Shown here: piece by piece, positions 43,640 to 61,390 of the stretch
Numbering within the stretch: position 1 is the stretch's first letter
How the letters are laid out: the number at the start of each line of letters is the position of its first letter
Assembly (NCBI GenBank): GCA_012295275.1
Contig: CM022669.1
Location: 3,906,001-3,970,000, forward strand
Direction of reading: 5' to 3'
Origin: Chrysomallon squamiferum
Lineage: Eukaryota > Animalia > Mollusca
DNA length: 64,000 nucleotides
The notes under the pieces: generated by a model
Seen by the model: the letters and a program-made list of their open reading frames with translations, nothing else
Told to the model about the DNA's origin: nothing
Databases searched by the model: none
Position numbers and translations under genes: made by a program

Positions 43640-43664
43640 TGGCGTCATATCATTGCTGACGTCA
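43640..43664. promoter_or_regulatory. CRE-like sites (TGGCGTCA, TGACGTCA) in the divergent EXD1-like/NUDT2 intergenic region
   Basis: Perfect TGACGTCA at 43657-43664, about 50 nt from the EXD1-like ATG and about 680 nt from the NUDT2 ATG. Confidence 0.4.
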
Positions 43665-43836
43665 TATTGCTGTTAACGCATTTACTGATGAAATTGAAGT
43701 GTGCAAACCAATAAGCAGTAAAAAGGCAAAATCAATGAAATTTCGGGATAAATGCATATATTTTATTGCCAAACTGTCAAGCTGGAAATATTATTATTAT
43801 TTTAAATCTTCTCCTTTACACAACCGACACATCATA

Positions 43837-43894
<58 letters not shown>

Positions 43895-44058
43895 GTTATT
43901 TAATTTAATTTAATTTATTCATTTATTATTAATAGTAGGTGTTGTTGTAGTAGTTATAGTAGCAGTAGTTATTGTTATAGTAATAGTGGTAAAATATTTT
44001 ATATTTTCGGAAGAACAATAGACGGACTACAACTACTAACAACAACAACAACAACAAT

Positions 44059-44093
<35 letters not shown>

Positions 44094-44339
44094 ATTTTTT
44101 TTATCATAAGTAAAAGAAAAGTCTAAAACGGAGGTATTGTATGATAGCAATATCTTCAACGGCAAGTGTAATATAAAATGCAGGTGTTTAGGCCTATTTT
44201 AGTTTTTAAAAAAACTAGTCTGTAATGTTTCTGCGAATGTTGTAACTGCTTGGGAAGAGCAGAGAAATAGTTGTACATTTTTAAAAGATCCTACAATTTC
44301 ATGGCGCACCACACTGGTAAAAACGAGAGAGAAATTAAA

Positions 44340-45448
<1,109 letters not shown>

Positions 45449-45889
45449 CTGTTCTGAGACTATAGAATGATTTTATTTATAAAAATTGTTTTAATTATTT
45501 ATTTATAATATCATTCAAGGTGCTGATTGTATAAGCAGTTACATCTGCCATAAAACAGCAAAGATTTGATATACACATATCCATAGCAAATGTTTGGTGT
45601 TAGTCTCACTGAAGATCTATTTGTAAGAACTTTTTTTTTTTTTTCTCGATCGTTTGTTGACTGCAGTTATGGCCAGCAGTGAGTATGAAAGATGCTGTTC
45701 TAGGAGTGGTTATCTTTTTTGTTGTTGTTGTTTTTATTTTACCAGTAGTTTTTCTTCCTTGTGCCAGTTGGGAAGAATTTCTAGTAGCTAAAGATGGGCT
45801 TCTCAAGATCAGGAGCCTGGTACTGACATGCCTGGTGAGTCATCACAGGGCAAACACGAATCATGGCATTATTGTCTTTATATACATTA

Positions 45890-47452
45890 TCATGGTCTAT
45901 TAGAGCGCACCATGCAGCCCAATACTTCTGACTTCAGCACTTCTGTTAGAGTTACCTCATCCCTAGTCCAGTCTCTATCCATTGACCAGTCCAGCTTGGG
46001 TGTCCTGAACAGAAACCAAAGCTCCAGCTGGCAGAGCTGTTCAACAAGCCCTCTCACCACATCAAGCAAAGGACTATCAATATGAAAACTTTTCCAAGTT
46101 CTATATATTTTCAAGATCTTATAATCTGTAATCAGTAAATAAATGTTCACATAATATTTTTCAAATGCATATTTCATGATATTGGAGCTTGTTTTAAATA
46201 GAAAATTGTATTCTTTTTTAATTCTTTCTTTTTTTCTAAAACTAAATAATTAGTAGCTAGTGGATTTGAAACACATTTGATGAACTGTGTAATAAAACAT
46301 ATGTTTAAATTTAATCATTTATTTTCTTTGTGCTCAATATCATTTTGTAAATATGAATCTAACTCGGGCAAAGAAAACAATCCTTTCCTCTGATATTTAT
46401 AAAACTATGCTTCGGTATTTTTAAAATGAATTAGTCATTTTGTGACTATTCCCTTGTTTTTAATTTAGTATCTGAACTTAATGGATTTTTTCTTGTATTG
46501 CCAGTAATATTACTCTATGAATAAATGAAGGTTTAATGGCACTGAAAAGTTTAATATTAACTAAATGTTATGTCACCTTGGGTAAAAGGAAACACTGAAG
46601 TATCTAACAACACTGATAAAAATGGAACAAGGTTGTTATTTATTTGAACATGATAATATATATATATAGTGTTATTTTCATTTTAAACTATTTTTAGAGA
46701 ACATTTTTATTTAATTTAAAATGTAATAATTTTTTTATATAATTTGTAAATAAATATTTTACCAGAAATAAAAATGCCTTTGCCGTTATGACTTTGTACT
46801 GAGAAAGATGTCTAGATATATTTAATGGTTATATTTTTCAAGCAGATATCATTTGTCATTGTTTAGTTTCCTTACCTTTTCTTTTACTTTTGTACAATAC
46901 ATCATTTTCTATCTGAACAGAGTGAAATTGTGTAGAATACAATATTCAGTCAGCTGAAAGTTTAATTATACAAATATCAAAGTCTGTGTCATTTTAAACT
47001 TGCACTCTGATTTCTGTATTGTATAATTTAATAATCAACATTCTAATATTTTATACTGTGTATCTTGTATTTTATAACTAAGTAGTCACCATTGTGTACG
47101 TTACAATTTCACAGTCCAATTTCATAGTTTACATTCTGTATTGTATAATTTCATAATCTCTGTTCTGTATTTTATTATATAGCCTGTTACCTATGTATTA
47201 AAATTACATATTCGGCATTGTGTGTGCTACAGTTCCATAACCTAAATATTTGATTATTTAACCAAATTATATTCGTTTATTTTCTTAAGAAAGAACGTTC
47301 GTATTATTATAACTACATTAATAGACTACAAATAATTTGAACTGTTAAAATAAATAAATAAAAAATATCCAAAATAATGTTTTAAAAATAAATTTTATTT
47401 TAACCTTGTCGAAAGTCGTAATAACAACGCCTATTGCTTTTGAAGCGGCCAT
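45890..47452 (-). CDS. Unidentified gene X, copy 2
   Basis: Near-identical to 30510-32075. Confidence 0.5.
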
Positions 47453-48124
47453 GTTTTTAACGAAGCACGTGCAGTTTGAAATAGATTTAAGACTTTTGGT
47501 CATGCAGTTTTCTGGATAAACAAAGCTAATAATAGAGAAGTATCCTAGCTGTTTGTAGGTGAGTTTAATCAGAAGAACTTTAAACAGAGTCTCACCTACA
47601 TTTATTATTTCCAAATGTTTTTAGGATGATGTGTTATCGGTAACGCTTACCTTTTTGGGGGCTGATCGATGCAAAGTAGCGTAGTGGTCTCAGAACACCA
47701 TCCTTTACTTTTGATGAATATATTAGACGTGTACAAGCACACACACACATGAATATTATACTGATTATACTCTGTGTGTGTGTGTATATATGGTTGTAAT
47801 AATTCTAAATATAATTTAAAATTGTTTCTTATTTCCTCGCACACCTTTCTTGGCTTAAATGTTTTAAAGATATATGCTAACTAATATTATTTATTTATTT
47901 ATTTATTATTACTTTTGACATAAAACAACTAAAATCAAAGTATAACTTGATGTAATGTAACCTGGATTTTTAATCAATCTGTCGAGTTTCACTGCATCCC
48001 CAAACATGCCTAAATTAATATTATAAATATTTACCCTGGGCACTAGATTGAGAATTTAAAAACTCTAATCAGTTATTCTTATTTCCAGACATATTTTTTC
48101 GGCAAACACTACGTAGCATACAAA

Positions 48125-50391
<2,267 letters not shown>

Positions 50392-50478
50392 TGAAATTTA
50401 ATTTATACATTTAAGACAGTATCTACGGCCCCAGTGTAAAATATATTGTCATTGTTGTTTTGAAATGTTAATTTTTAC

Positions 50479-53400
50479 CTTTGAAGATTCTTCTTGGTGT
50501 GCATTATAGACTGTAATCTGAGTTCCAACTTTTAAAAAATTAAACTTGTGACTAGCAGGAACTGAACTCACATGCAATCTAAGAACATTTAAAGATTATT
50601 ATTATTATTATTTGTTTTTAAACTAAGAATCATCATACATCGAGCTCTCTACTAACCGAAAATATTTATTAATTAAGACTTTTTGATGTAGAATCAAAAT
50701 ATATCTACTTCTCTACAATTTACTGATAACATAATTTATTATAAGTGGTAAAATGAATACTGAATTATCAACTATAAAAAATCTGCAATAAGAGTCACTT
50801 TCAAATTATTAATTATTATATTTTATTTCTTTTTTTAATATTTTGTAAAATATAGCTGAATTTAAATATTTATAAAGACTTATTCAATTCAATAACCAAT
50901 TTTCAAAACCAACACCACAAACACAAATAAACCAATGAAATATTAGTACATAAAATACATTTGGACTAGAAAATATTTCGAAAATTATACCCTATTTATA
51001 AATATATAAATTACTTTTATTTATGTTTTGTTCATAAAACCAATTACCTGATCTTCTTATCCAGTTCATAGACACCATATCTTGAATTAGCTGTACTAGT
51101 AACTGTTCCCTGCAAAAAAAATAATAACTTTTTTCTGAACGTTTTTCTTTTTTTATTCTTCCCTATGGCTCCTGATTAAAATCAGTTCTAATATCGTTAA
51201 AAAAACATTTAATAAAGTTATAATCCAGAACTGGAGTTTTAATTTTTTTTAAGGATTTAGCACAAATAATAAGATATTATAAGTATGGAAATGTTCAATA
51301 AAAATATAAACCACAGAACAAATTAAAACTCAAATTAGAGGGTTTTTTTATTATGAATGCAAATTAGATGTGTACAAACATTAAAACAATATGTTTGGAT
51401 GTGAAGTCTCACAATTTGGCAGTTTTCGGGTGTTTATAGATTTAATAAAATATTACTAATGATAAAACAGAATAATCTTTTTCATAAAATAATTTATTAA
51501 TCTTATCACAAAAATTAAACATTACTAGCAATAAACAGACTTACATCAGGTGAAAAGGAAAGAAACATGACTTACTAAACAACCGTCATAAATTGGTAAG
51601 ATCATGTTTCATACCTGATAAGAAACCAGTTGAATTCCATTCTCTGCTGTTTTTAATTTGGTCTCAATGCTTCCTTTGTCTTCAGTCTCTTGTCTCAAGT
51701 CAGTATACTTCATCAACCAATCCTAACAAATAAACATTATATCATTAGATAATAAAAACCATATTTTATTTTAATGAAAGTTACCAGCAACCATAAATAT
51801 GATTCTGACAAATTTAAGATTGTTCATTTCTGAAAATAACACAAATATATTTGGTAAGTGAACACATCAAAAAAAAAAAAAAAAATAAGAACAACAGTAA
51901 TAACCATAATAATAAGAAGAACAACAACAGTAATAACCATAATAATAATAATAAGTTCAAGGCTTTCTGTTTAACATGTATACAAGAAATAAATAAAGAA
52001 TACCTACATATTTTAAGGATTTAATTTCTTATAATTAACTGCTATATAAATATGTATATCTGTATCTCTCTTGTATTATGTTAGTAATAATACTCACGTG
52101 TACAGGTATGATATTACTGTTTACTTTCTCTGCATGATACAGTTCACTGTCAACCCAGGGAACAAACACTCGAGTTGGAACAGCTATACCCTGAAATAAT
52201 TAAAATCTTTTCAGTTTTTTCGAATGTATCAATTTTTAAAATGTCATTATTAATAACTGAGATGAAATTAAAAATTATCAGCAGTATCTGTATCTGACAG
52301 AAAGAAAATAACAAATAAATAATCAAGATTAATAATAAAATAGCAATTTAGATTGATTAAATGTATTGTGTTTTGCATAGTTTGCTGAAATTAAAATCAA
52401 CACAAAAGTAAAGTGTACAAACTTTGTGCAGTGTGGTTGGTCGAAGTTTGGTAAACACAAATTTCTGCTGAGGGAAGATTTGAGGCTGCCACAGTAGAAA
52501 CTTTTCTTGCTGCAATAAATACAATACACTTAATTTACAAATCTGTCTCAGTGACATTTATGATATCTTCTTTTCTTAAATGTAGGTTTGTAAGCATTGT
52601 TGACCACAGATTTTGTGATAAGAGATAATAATATATCATGAACAAAAAAACCAAAGATTTCTATTTAAAACACTAACATTTAATACTGCATTAACAAAAA
52701 CAAGCTTTATAAATTAATAATTGAAATAAGACTAACAAAAGTTTTCTAAAGAAATAAGATAATATTATAATGACAAAACAGTTTATTTTCAGTTCTGTTA
52801 AGAAAAAAAAAGAAGAAAAAAGCAGTATAAAAATATGTACTATTTGAAATAAAAGTTTTAAGTAATCAGACACATAAAACTTAAATAAGGATAAACTAAT
52901 ACCATGACCACAATGAACACCTTCTCAAGTTCTATAATGAAAAGAAGATTTTTCTTCACTCTGCAATCAAATAAACATTTTTAATAATCTTTAAAAGATT
53001 CAAAAAAAAATAATGAATAAATAAATAAATGAACCTTTCGTTTATTAATTGTGATAATGATAATACTTCTTTCAAAGACTTTTGTTCACTTCGCAATAAA
53101 ATAAACATTTCAAACAAATTTTTAAATACATGAAAATTAAAAAAGAAAATGAATGAAATTTCCAATTTTCTTTAATAACATCTGAATAATTGATGATTTC
53201 ATAATTATGTATCGAAATGGTTCCTCAATAGTGAGATCTGATTCATTACACTTTTATGCATTAAAAAGTTTATAAAAGGAATATGTTTAAAGTAAATTAC
53301 AACTTACTTAAATACTTCACTGACTGTTGATACTTGTCCACATATGTTAACCAGGCTTCCAGTGAGAAGTCTGTCTCTGAAATATAAAAATAAAATTTAA

Positions 53401-53644
53401 AATAGAAGCTGTATATCTTTCATGTTTATCTTCAGCACAATTTCATGACTGATACATCCTTACAAACAGCCTACATTTCATTGTAAAAGTCTGTTTTGGA
53501 AGTTTTTTTCTACAATAAATCTCACATTAATGCATGGAATCAGATTTATGTATAGACAGTAATATGAAGTAGTGAAATTTACTTGTAATGTAAGATCACT
53601 GCAGCATCATCACCAGACACCACATCTTCCACCACACTTGTCAT
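50479..53644 (-). CDS. CTC1: CTC1 5' part, truncated duplicate 2
   Basis: Near-identical to 35085-38246; E2F-type site at 54380-54390. Confidence 0.85.
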
Positions 53645-53717
53645 GATGTTCTGTTAAAACACTTTCCTTCCATTATAGATTATCATTATGCACCAACTGA
53701 AAAGAAAGCAATCCTAA

Positions 53718-53752
<35 letters not shown>

Positions 53753-54723
53753 AAAAATAAGCTTAGAGTTAGGTAAAGTATAATATCGTTTCAGCAGAAT
53801 AAAATGTATTTATTGTGTAATTAACTATGTTGATAATAAATTCCATTGAGCTAATTTTGAAATTAAAATTAATTCATAGTGTGAAATACTGTGTACAGTT
53901 GCTGAAGTAATCATAATGACAAGATTTCTTTCACTGATTTATTGAAAAGCATAAAAAAAAAAAAAAAATTACGAAATTAAAACAAAATTTCTGCAACAAG
54001 ATTTTTATTTAGGAACAGTTCATTCATGACTTAGAAAAAATAAATGTTGAAGAACAATAAGGATATTAATTAATTATCTAAAATATAATTTATGCCAACG
54101 GAAAAATACACCATATAAATCATAATTAATGACTAAATTTAAATCAATAATTCATTAATTGTAAAATAAAAATATGATGAATAAACGTTAGTTAAACTTA
54201 AGGTTTAACTTTAAGCGATTTAAAGACTAAAGCTGCTAGCTACGAAATGAGGTAAAGAAAAAAATAACGTAATTCAGAATAAACCCGTAAAGCTTTGTCG
54301 TATAATTCAGCTGTATATATCAATTAATTATACAATATACATTTACAACACTGTACCTTTTATGCCTGTCAAACTTCGCTTTTGGCGCGCACTGTTTGTC
54401 AACAAACTAATCGAAAATAAATATAAAAGGGACAAAATGACATGTTTGACAAGTAACATAGCCTGCCAAGTATCGTTAGTTAGTCGAACCTTTGATTTCT
54501 TAATCTTTTATATGTAGGATTTTGTTTAATTTTATTATTATTTTATTTTCTTCTTCTTCACAAAATGAAATAGTGATAGTGCATGAAAACATTTATTTAT
54601 GTATTTACTTACTATCTTACTTAATTATATTTGAAAACAAATTTACGCCTCAAGTTAGTTCCGACTTTACTACACTTTAAATGAAAGTTTAAGTTTAATA
54701 TTCTTATAATTTATTATTATTAT

Positions 54724-54797
<74 letters not shown>

Positions 54798-55095
54798 ATG
54801 GTTACAAAATTGACAGGTACCAGTCTTTGCTGCTTAATGCGAAATCCTTAAACTGATCTTAATGCCGTATTCATAAAAGTGTTTTTTTTTTTTTTTAATT
54901 TTATTTACAGACACAGAACTACAAACATGGTGAGATTTAGAACATAAACTGGAATTGTATTAGTTTATATAATTTTATCTATTTGAGTGAATCATTTATT
55001 AAAAGATAAATCAAATAAAATCCTTTGTTTAGTCATAGTATTAAATGACGTGAACTTGTAGTAATATGTTTGTTAATATGACGTAACTGATAACT

Positions 55096-55138
<43 letters not shown>

Positions 55139-55369
55139 ATTAATACCACTGGCAATCAAAGATGTAATAATAATAACAATAACAACATCAGCAATAAACA
55201 ATTTTATTTTAATCAGTGTCTAAGCATAATTAGCTTTATCAATAAACTTAAATTGTTTTGGTCAAAATGTCAACATTTATATAAGTAAGAATATTTTTAC
55301 ATATGTAGGGCATTTCCTGTCTTTAGCTTTCAGCCTCCATACCGTAATACTGGTTCAACAGAAATAAAA

Positions 55370-55426
<57 letters not shown>

Positions 55427-55560
55427 TGAAAAAATTAAAATAACATATCGCATAATGAAACGTAAACAGAGACACAAATATATGTATTGGCATTTATACA
55501 CTGACACTCGTACTTTTATAGATATAATTCTTTTTTACACATAAATGCAGATATACATGC

Positions 55561-55700
<140 letters not shown>

Positions 55701-55785
55701 CCTCCCTCCCTCTTTGTATGTGTGGCTGTCTGTGTTTATGTGTCTGTATCATACGTGCAGATATTTTAAACAAAAGCAAACTTCT

Positions 55786-56048
55786 TCAGTTATAGTGTTC
55801 AGCAAATGAACCACGAACAAACTGTCTTTGGGCAGCTGTGAGTTTCATTACTGGTCTTTTGTGCAGACATTTTGTAAACAGTACACTTTTCTCCTGTTTT
55901 CGTTTCTTAGCAGTGGAGATGCGGAATGTGTGGGTTTGTACATTTTCTTCACACAGAAGATTAAATCTATCCCTGTAGTCTTCATTTATAGAACTTAAAA
56001 AAATAATAATAAAACAGTATTATAATAACATTTATTACCAGTATTAAG

Positions 56049-56118
<70 letters not shown>

Positions 56119-56539
56119 TGATAATAATAATAATAATAATATGTAAATGTAAAATGGAAGAAAGCAATATAAATCTGTTTTGTTTATTACTTCTACTCCT
56201 GCTGCTTCAACTACTATTACTATTGTTACTATTACTATTATTATTATTATTATTATTATATTTTTTCATTTTCTTCCATTTTTTTACTTCTTTTTTTTTT
56301 ATAAATTTTTTTTTTTTTTTTTTTGTATTTACAAACTGTATATTGAATTTCTTTCAGCTGTTAAGTTTATCACTGTAGCAAAGTGTATATCAGTTGTTGT
56401 AAGTACGTACTTGTTTAGTTTCTCGTACAGACACGCTGTTAACGGGAGAACGCTGGAAGCAGCCGTGTCCAGCATATCCCGGGGGACAGGCCGCCTGGCC
56501 CACACGTTCTGATCTTCTCGCAACAGTTGCTGAAGATAT

Positions 56540-56574
<35 letters not shown>

Positions 56575-56587
56575 TATTATGATTTTT

Positions 56588-56630
<43 letters not shown>

Positions 56631-56678
56631 TGTCATTATTAGGGTCATATAAATCCATTTATACGTGATTATAAGTGT

Positions 56679-56730
<52 letters not shown>

Positions 56731-59099
56731 TAAACAGTAGATGATCTGATGTTTTTACCTGTAGTTGGGGTGTAGGTTCGTGCAGTTGTATGCCAAATAT
56801 TGAGCAAAGATTAAAGAAACTTATCATCCGGGGAGGTAATCCCTGCTGCTCTAATATCACGCTATACGCAGTCTTGTAAAAAGAAATAATAAACAATCAT
56901 CATAAAATAAAGATGAAGATACTAAATTTTTTGAAATAATAAATAATTATCATAAAATAAAGATGACGATTTTAGACTTTTAGAATATTTAGAAAATATT
57001 ATCAAATTATCTATCTGTCTGTCTGTTGCAAAAGAAATAACAGAGGCTGCTTATTAAATAGAAAGTAATTACAAAATAATAAAGGGTATCAAAACGAGTA
57101 TTATTATTGTTGTTGTTGTTGTTGTTATTTTACCTGCGTATCAAAACAGTTCCTCAGTTTCACGCCAAATTCAAAATGTAGCGCTGCAGAGACTGGTCCA
57201 CAGTCGTGAATAACCTGAAATAAATAAATAAATAAGAAACGAAAATGGGGATATTTTTGTACAGTACACAAAACACAAGAATGATCGCAGTGCACATGCA
57301 TGTGCAAACATAAATAATATTGTTGCCAGGTTCAAATAGTAAATTAATTTTAAAGTAGAGATATGGATTATAGGGAACAGGGAAGGAAATAAGTGGTAGT
57401 ATTTTTATTTTATTGTATTTCATTCATTCATTCATTCATTCATTCATTCATTCATTCATTCATTTTTTTGAGTTAAGTTTTGTTCTCGATTTTATTTTAT
57501 TTCATTATTTCATTCATTCATTCATTCATTCATTCATTTCTTGAGTTTAGTTTTGTTCTCGATTAATTCACCTTCAGCACGTCTGTGGACTGTAAAAGAC
57601 GAATCAAGCCACCGTCAAGGACGATGTTGCGATCTCGTCTGACATCAAAGGCGTGCACGCCATCTGAAGCTGAAACCACGACAAGGTGGATGGAACCTCC
57701 TGGTACAACGAAAAAACAAATTATTCATCATGTTTCCCTGTCTTGAGCAAACATCTCTGGACAGGTAACGTTTGTGCCCATCAGGATATGCTTACAATAA
57801 TCTTATGAAAGAAGAATTGCTTAAATCATAACATACATAATAATATTGATTTTGTTTCTTAATATAAATTATATGATGGCGAACATTAGTGTAAGTGTGC
57901 GGATTTCGTATACAAATAATAATTTAAGTATGTTACTTAATTTCAAAAGGTTATATTTAATCAATAAAAAAACCCCAAAAACCCAGATGATGATGATGAT
58001 AATGATGGAAGCTAATAATAAAAAAATAAGAAGAATTATTATTATTATTTAATAATCCGCAAGGCACCTGCTATATTAACATTCGAATAACAATTATAAA
58101 ATATGTATAGACGTATAAAACTGACCGGTAAACCAGCCATCTACATTAATGGGAGAAACAACTGCGGTTGTGCCACTGTATTTACCTTTACTTCCTATCT
58201 CAGCTCCTTTGACGCTGACTCCGATGACGGGAGATGTCTGAAGAATTTTCTTAACTGTTTTCTCCGATGCTGATATGGAAGACACCAGATGTGTTCTGGC
58301 ATGACTGAATAATACATTACTTTCATCGTTATTATTATTTAACGAACATTCTTTTTAACTTTTTCAGAATTAAATAATACTAATAACAACAACAACAACT
58401 GCTACTACAGTAAATAAATAAATAAATAAATAATAAAAAACGGTTATCGTTTTATCATAAACTTTCTATGCATCAAGTTGAAGTATGATCGTTCAAAGTG
58501 CTTCATCAGGTTTTCATTAAACAGGACGAGTCCATAAGTGTTTGCTCTTGCGGAAAAGAACTGTAAACTAGTTTACAGTCATGTCACGAAAAAAAAGAAA
58601 CATATCTTTCGATAATGTCTGTTTACTATGGATCAGTGATTTCTAAATATATCTAACCTGTAATAAAAATTAAGTATATCCTTTGTCAGTCGATTAAGTC
58701 GTCTAAAATATTTCCGAAGCGTCGTCCGGTTGTCATGGGGCTGGTCACCTCTACAGCTGTTGTCGCAAAAGAGTGCAGCAAGGGGAATAACAAAGGTATC
58801 GATTTGCAAACGGATTATTACGGGGATATCTTTCAGCAAAACATTTTTCAGTAGCAACAATATTCACACTGTTACACTTCTTGTGACGTTACTGCTAAAC
58901 TATAGGAATTGTGTTAGTGACTTTCCTTTAGAGAAGTGATCCGATTTCCGGAACACGGTTTAAGAATAGAAACAGAAAAGTTAGACAGTGTTAGTGACTT
59001 TCCTTTAGAGAAGTGATCCGATTTCCGGAACACGGTTTAAGAATAGAAACAGAAAAGTTAGACAGTCTGTTTTACCTGTATTCTAATCTGTCTTAGCAT
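55786..59099 (-). CDS. EXD1/Egalitarian-like protein, copy 2 (frame appears intact)
   Basis: Same exons as copy 1; NHARTHLVSS..KILQTSPVIGVSVKG and QLLREDQNVWARRPVPRDMLDTAASSVLPLTACLYEKLN read through without a shift. Confidence 0.85.
58911..59064. repeat. Exact 77-bp tandem duplication in intron 1 of EXD1-like copy 2
   Basis: gtgttagtgactttcc...gttagaca occurs twice; single copy at ~43499-43575. Confidence 0.95.
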
Positions 59100-59325
59100 A
59101 CGGTTACTACTCTACCGTTTATACGCTGTGGCGTCATATCATTGCTGACGTCATATTGCTGTTAACGCATTTACTGATGAAATTGAAGTGTGCAAACCAA
59201 TAAGCAGTAAAAAGGCAAAATCAATGAAATTTCGGGATAAATGCATATATTTTATTGCCAAACTGTCAAGCTGGAAATATTATTATTATTTTAAATCTTC
59301 TCCTTTACACAACCGACACATCATA

Positions 59326-59386
<61 letters not shown>

Positions 59387-59550
59387 GTTATTTAATTTAA
59401 TTTAATTTATTCATTTATTATTAATAGTAGGTGTTGTTGTAGTAGTTATAGTAGCAGTAGTTATTGTTATAGTAATAGTGGTAAAATATTTTATATTTTC
59501 GGAAGAACAATAGACGGACTACAACTACTAACAACAACAACAACAATAAC

Positions 59551-59584
<34 letters not shown>

Positions 59585-59830
59585 ATTTTTTTTATCATAA
59601 GTAAAAGAAAAGTCTAAAACGGAGGTATTGTATGATAGCAATATCTTCAACGGCAAGTGTAATATAAAATGCAGGTGTTTAGGCCTATTTTAGTTTTTAA
59701 AAAAACTAGTCTGTAATGTTTCTGCGAATGTTGTAACTGCTTGGGAAGAGCAGAGAAATAGTTGTACATTTTTAAAAGATCCTACAATTTCATGGCGCAC
59801 CACACTGGTAAAAACGAGAGAGAAATTAAA

Positions 59831-60199
59831 ATGGCGTCTGGCCCAGTCCGCGCTGCTGGTTTTATTATTTATAGACGTTTAAAGGGAGATATCCAGTATT
59901 TGCTTCTACGAACGTCGTATGGTCAACATGACTGGACTCCACCAAAAGGTTAAAAACATGTATTTATATACCTCTCTGTAAATTATGTGCCAGTTTTTGT
60001 ATGTAAATATAAAACCGCGACAATGACACATTTTTGGAGGTATAAATAGTGATCTAAGTCAAATCGTACCATATTTGTTTAGCCATGTAGACATTTCGTC
60101 CCATATAATTTTCACATTGCAGACTTGAGTGTCATGTCAAATTAAATAAATCTTTAATAGATAATATTGTGAATATCATTATTTCATTTTTTTAATTAA

Positions 60200-60249
<50 letters not shown>

Positions 60250-60564
60250 GTTCAGAAATAATATAATAGTTTGGGGAATGATAAAACAATTTATTTTATT
60301 TAGAAAAGAAAAAAAAAGAAAAAAGAACAAAACGCAAACAAACAAATGACTATTATTATTATTGATCATTCATTATTATTAATTTTGATTATTTTATAAT
60401 TGTTGATATTATTGAATTATTCATTGTTGTTGTTATTACTGAATCATTCATTAAATGTATTATCATTGTCTGATTGTTATTACTGTGAATATTTTATCAT
60501 TGTTATTGTTGTTGTCACTATCATCATTATCATCATCAACATCATCATCATCATCATCATCATC

Positions 60565-60620
<56 letters not shown>

Positions 60621-60941
60621 CCAGGTCATGTTGATCCTGGAGAAGATGAGTACCAAACTGCAGTACGGGAAACAGAAGAGGAAGCTGGGCTGAAGGCAGA
60701 TGACCTCAGAGTACACAGAGAGTTTGAAAACACACTCAGCTACCAAGTGAAAGGCTCACCAAAGACCGTGGTGTACTGGCTGGCTGAGATAAAAGACTCT
60801 CAGAAGCCTGTAACTCTCTCACGTGAGCACTGTGACTACAAATGGGTGGCATTACAGGATGCTTGTGAACTTGCTAAATACAAAGACTTGCAACAGCTGT
60901 TGAAACAAGCTGAAGATTTTCTCAGAAACTCACAGAAGTAA
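59831..60941 (+). CDS. NUDT2: Ap4A hydrolase, copy 3. Exons 59831-59948, 60625-60941
   Basis: Intact frame; substitutions LLLET->LLLRT and EHRD->EHCD. Confidence 0.93.
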
Positions 60942-61140
60942 CTGTTCTGAGACTATAGAATGATTTTATTTATAAAAATTGTTTTAATTATTTATTTATA
61001 ATATCATTCAAGGTGCTGATTGTATAAGCAGTTACATCTGCCATAAAACAGCAAAGATTTGATATACACATATCCATAGCAAATGTTTGGTGTTAGTCTC
61101 ACTGAAGATCTATTTGTAAGAACTTTTCTTTTTTTCTCGA

Positions 61141-61345
61141 AAAAATTACAACTGAAAAACAAAAAGAAAGGTAAATAAAATCCAAGTTTGTACATAAGCA
61201 GAATAGTTAATTATTTTATTTTATTTTTATTAATTAATAATGTTCTCCTTTAACTGTAGAACGGAGAATCCCTCTTCCCACTGTAGTTTCTGATTAAGTG
61301 TTACGTTTTGCGAATATCAAAAAAAAAATAAATAAATAAAATAAA

Positions 61346-61390
<45 letters not shown>

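Noticed and set aside
61120-61160. Helitron or eccDNA explanation for the gene-bearing 15.4-kb array
   Set aside because: No CTRR end with hairpin, no terminal inverted repeats or target duplication, no Rep/Hel ORF; the unit's genes belong to this locus (CTC1), so local tandem duplication suffices
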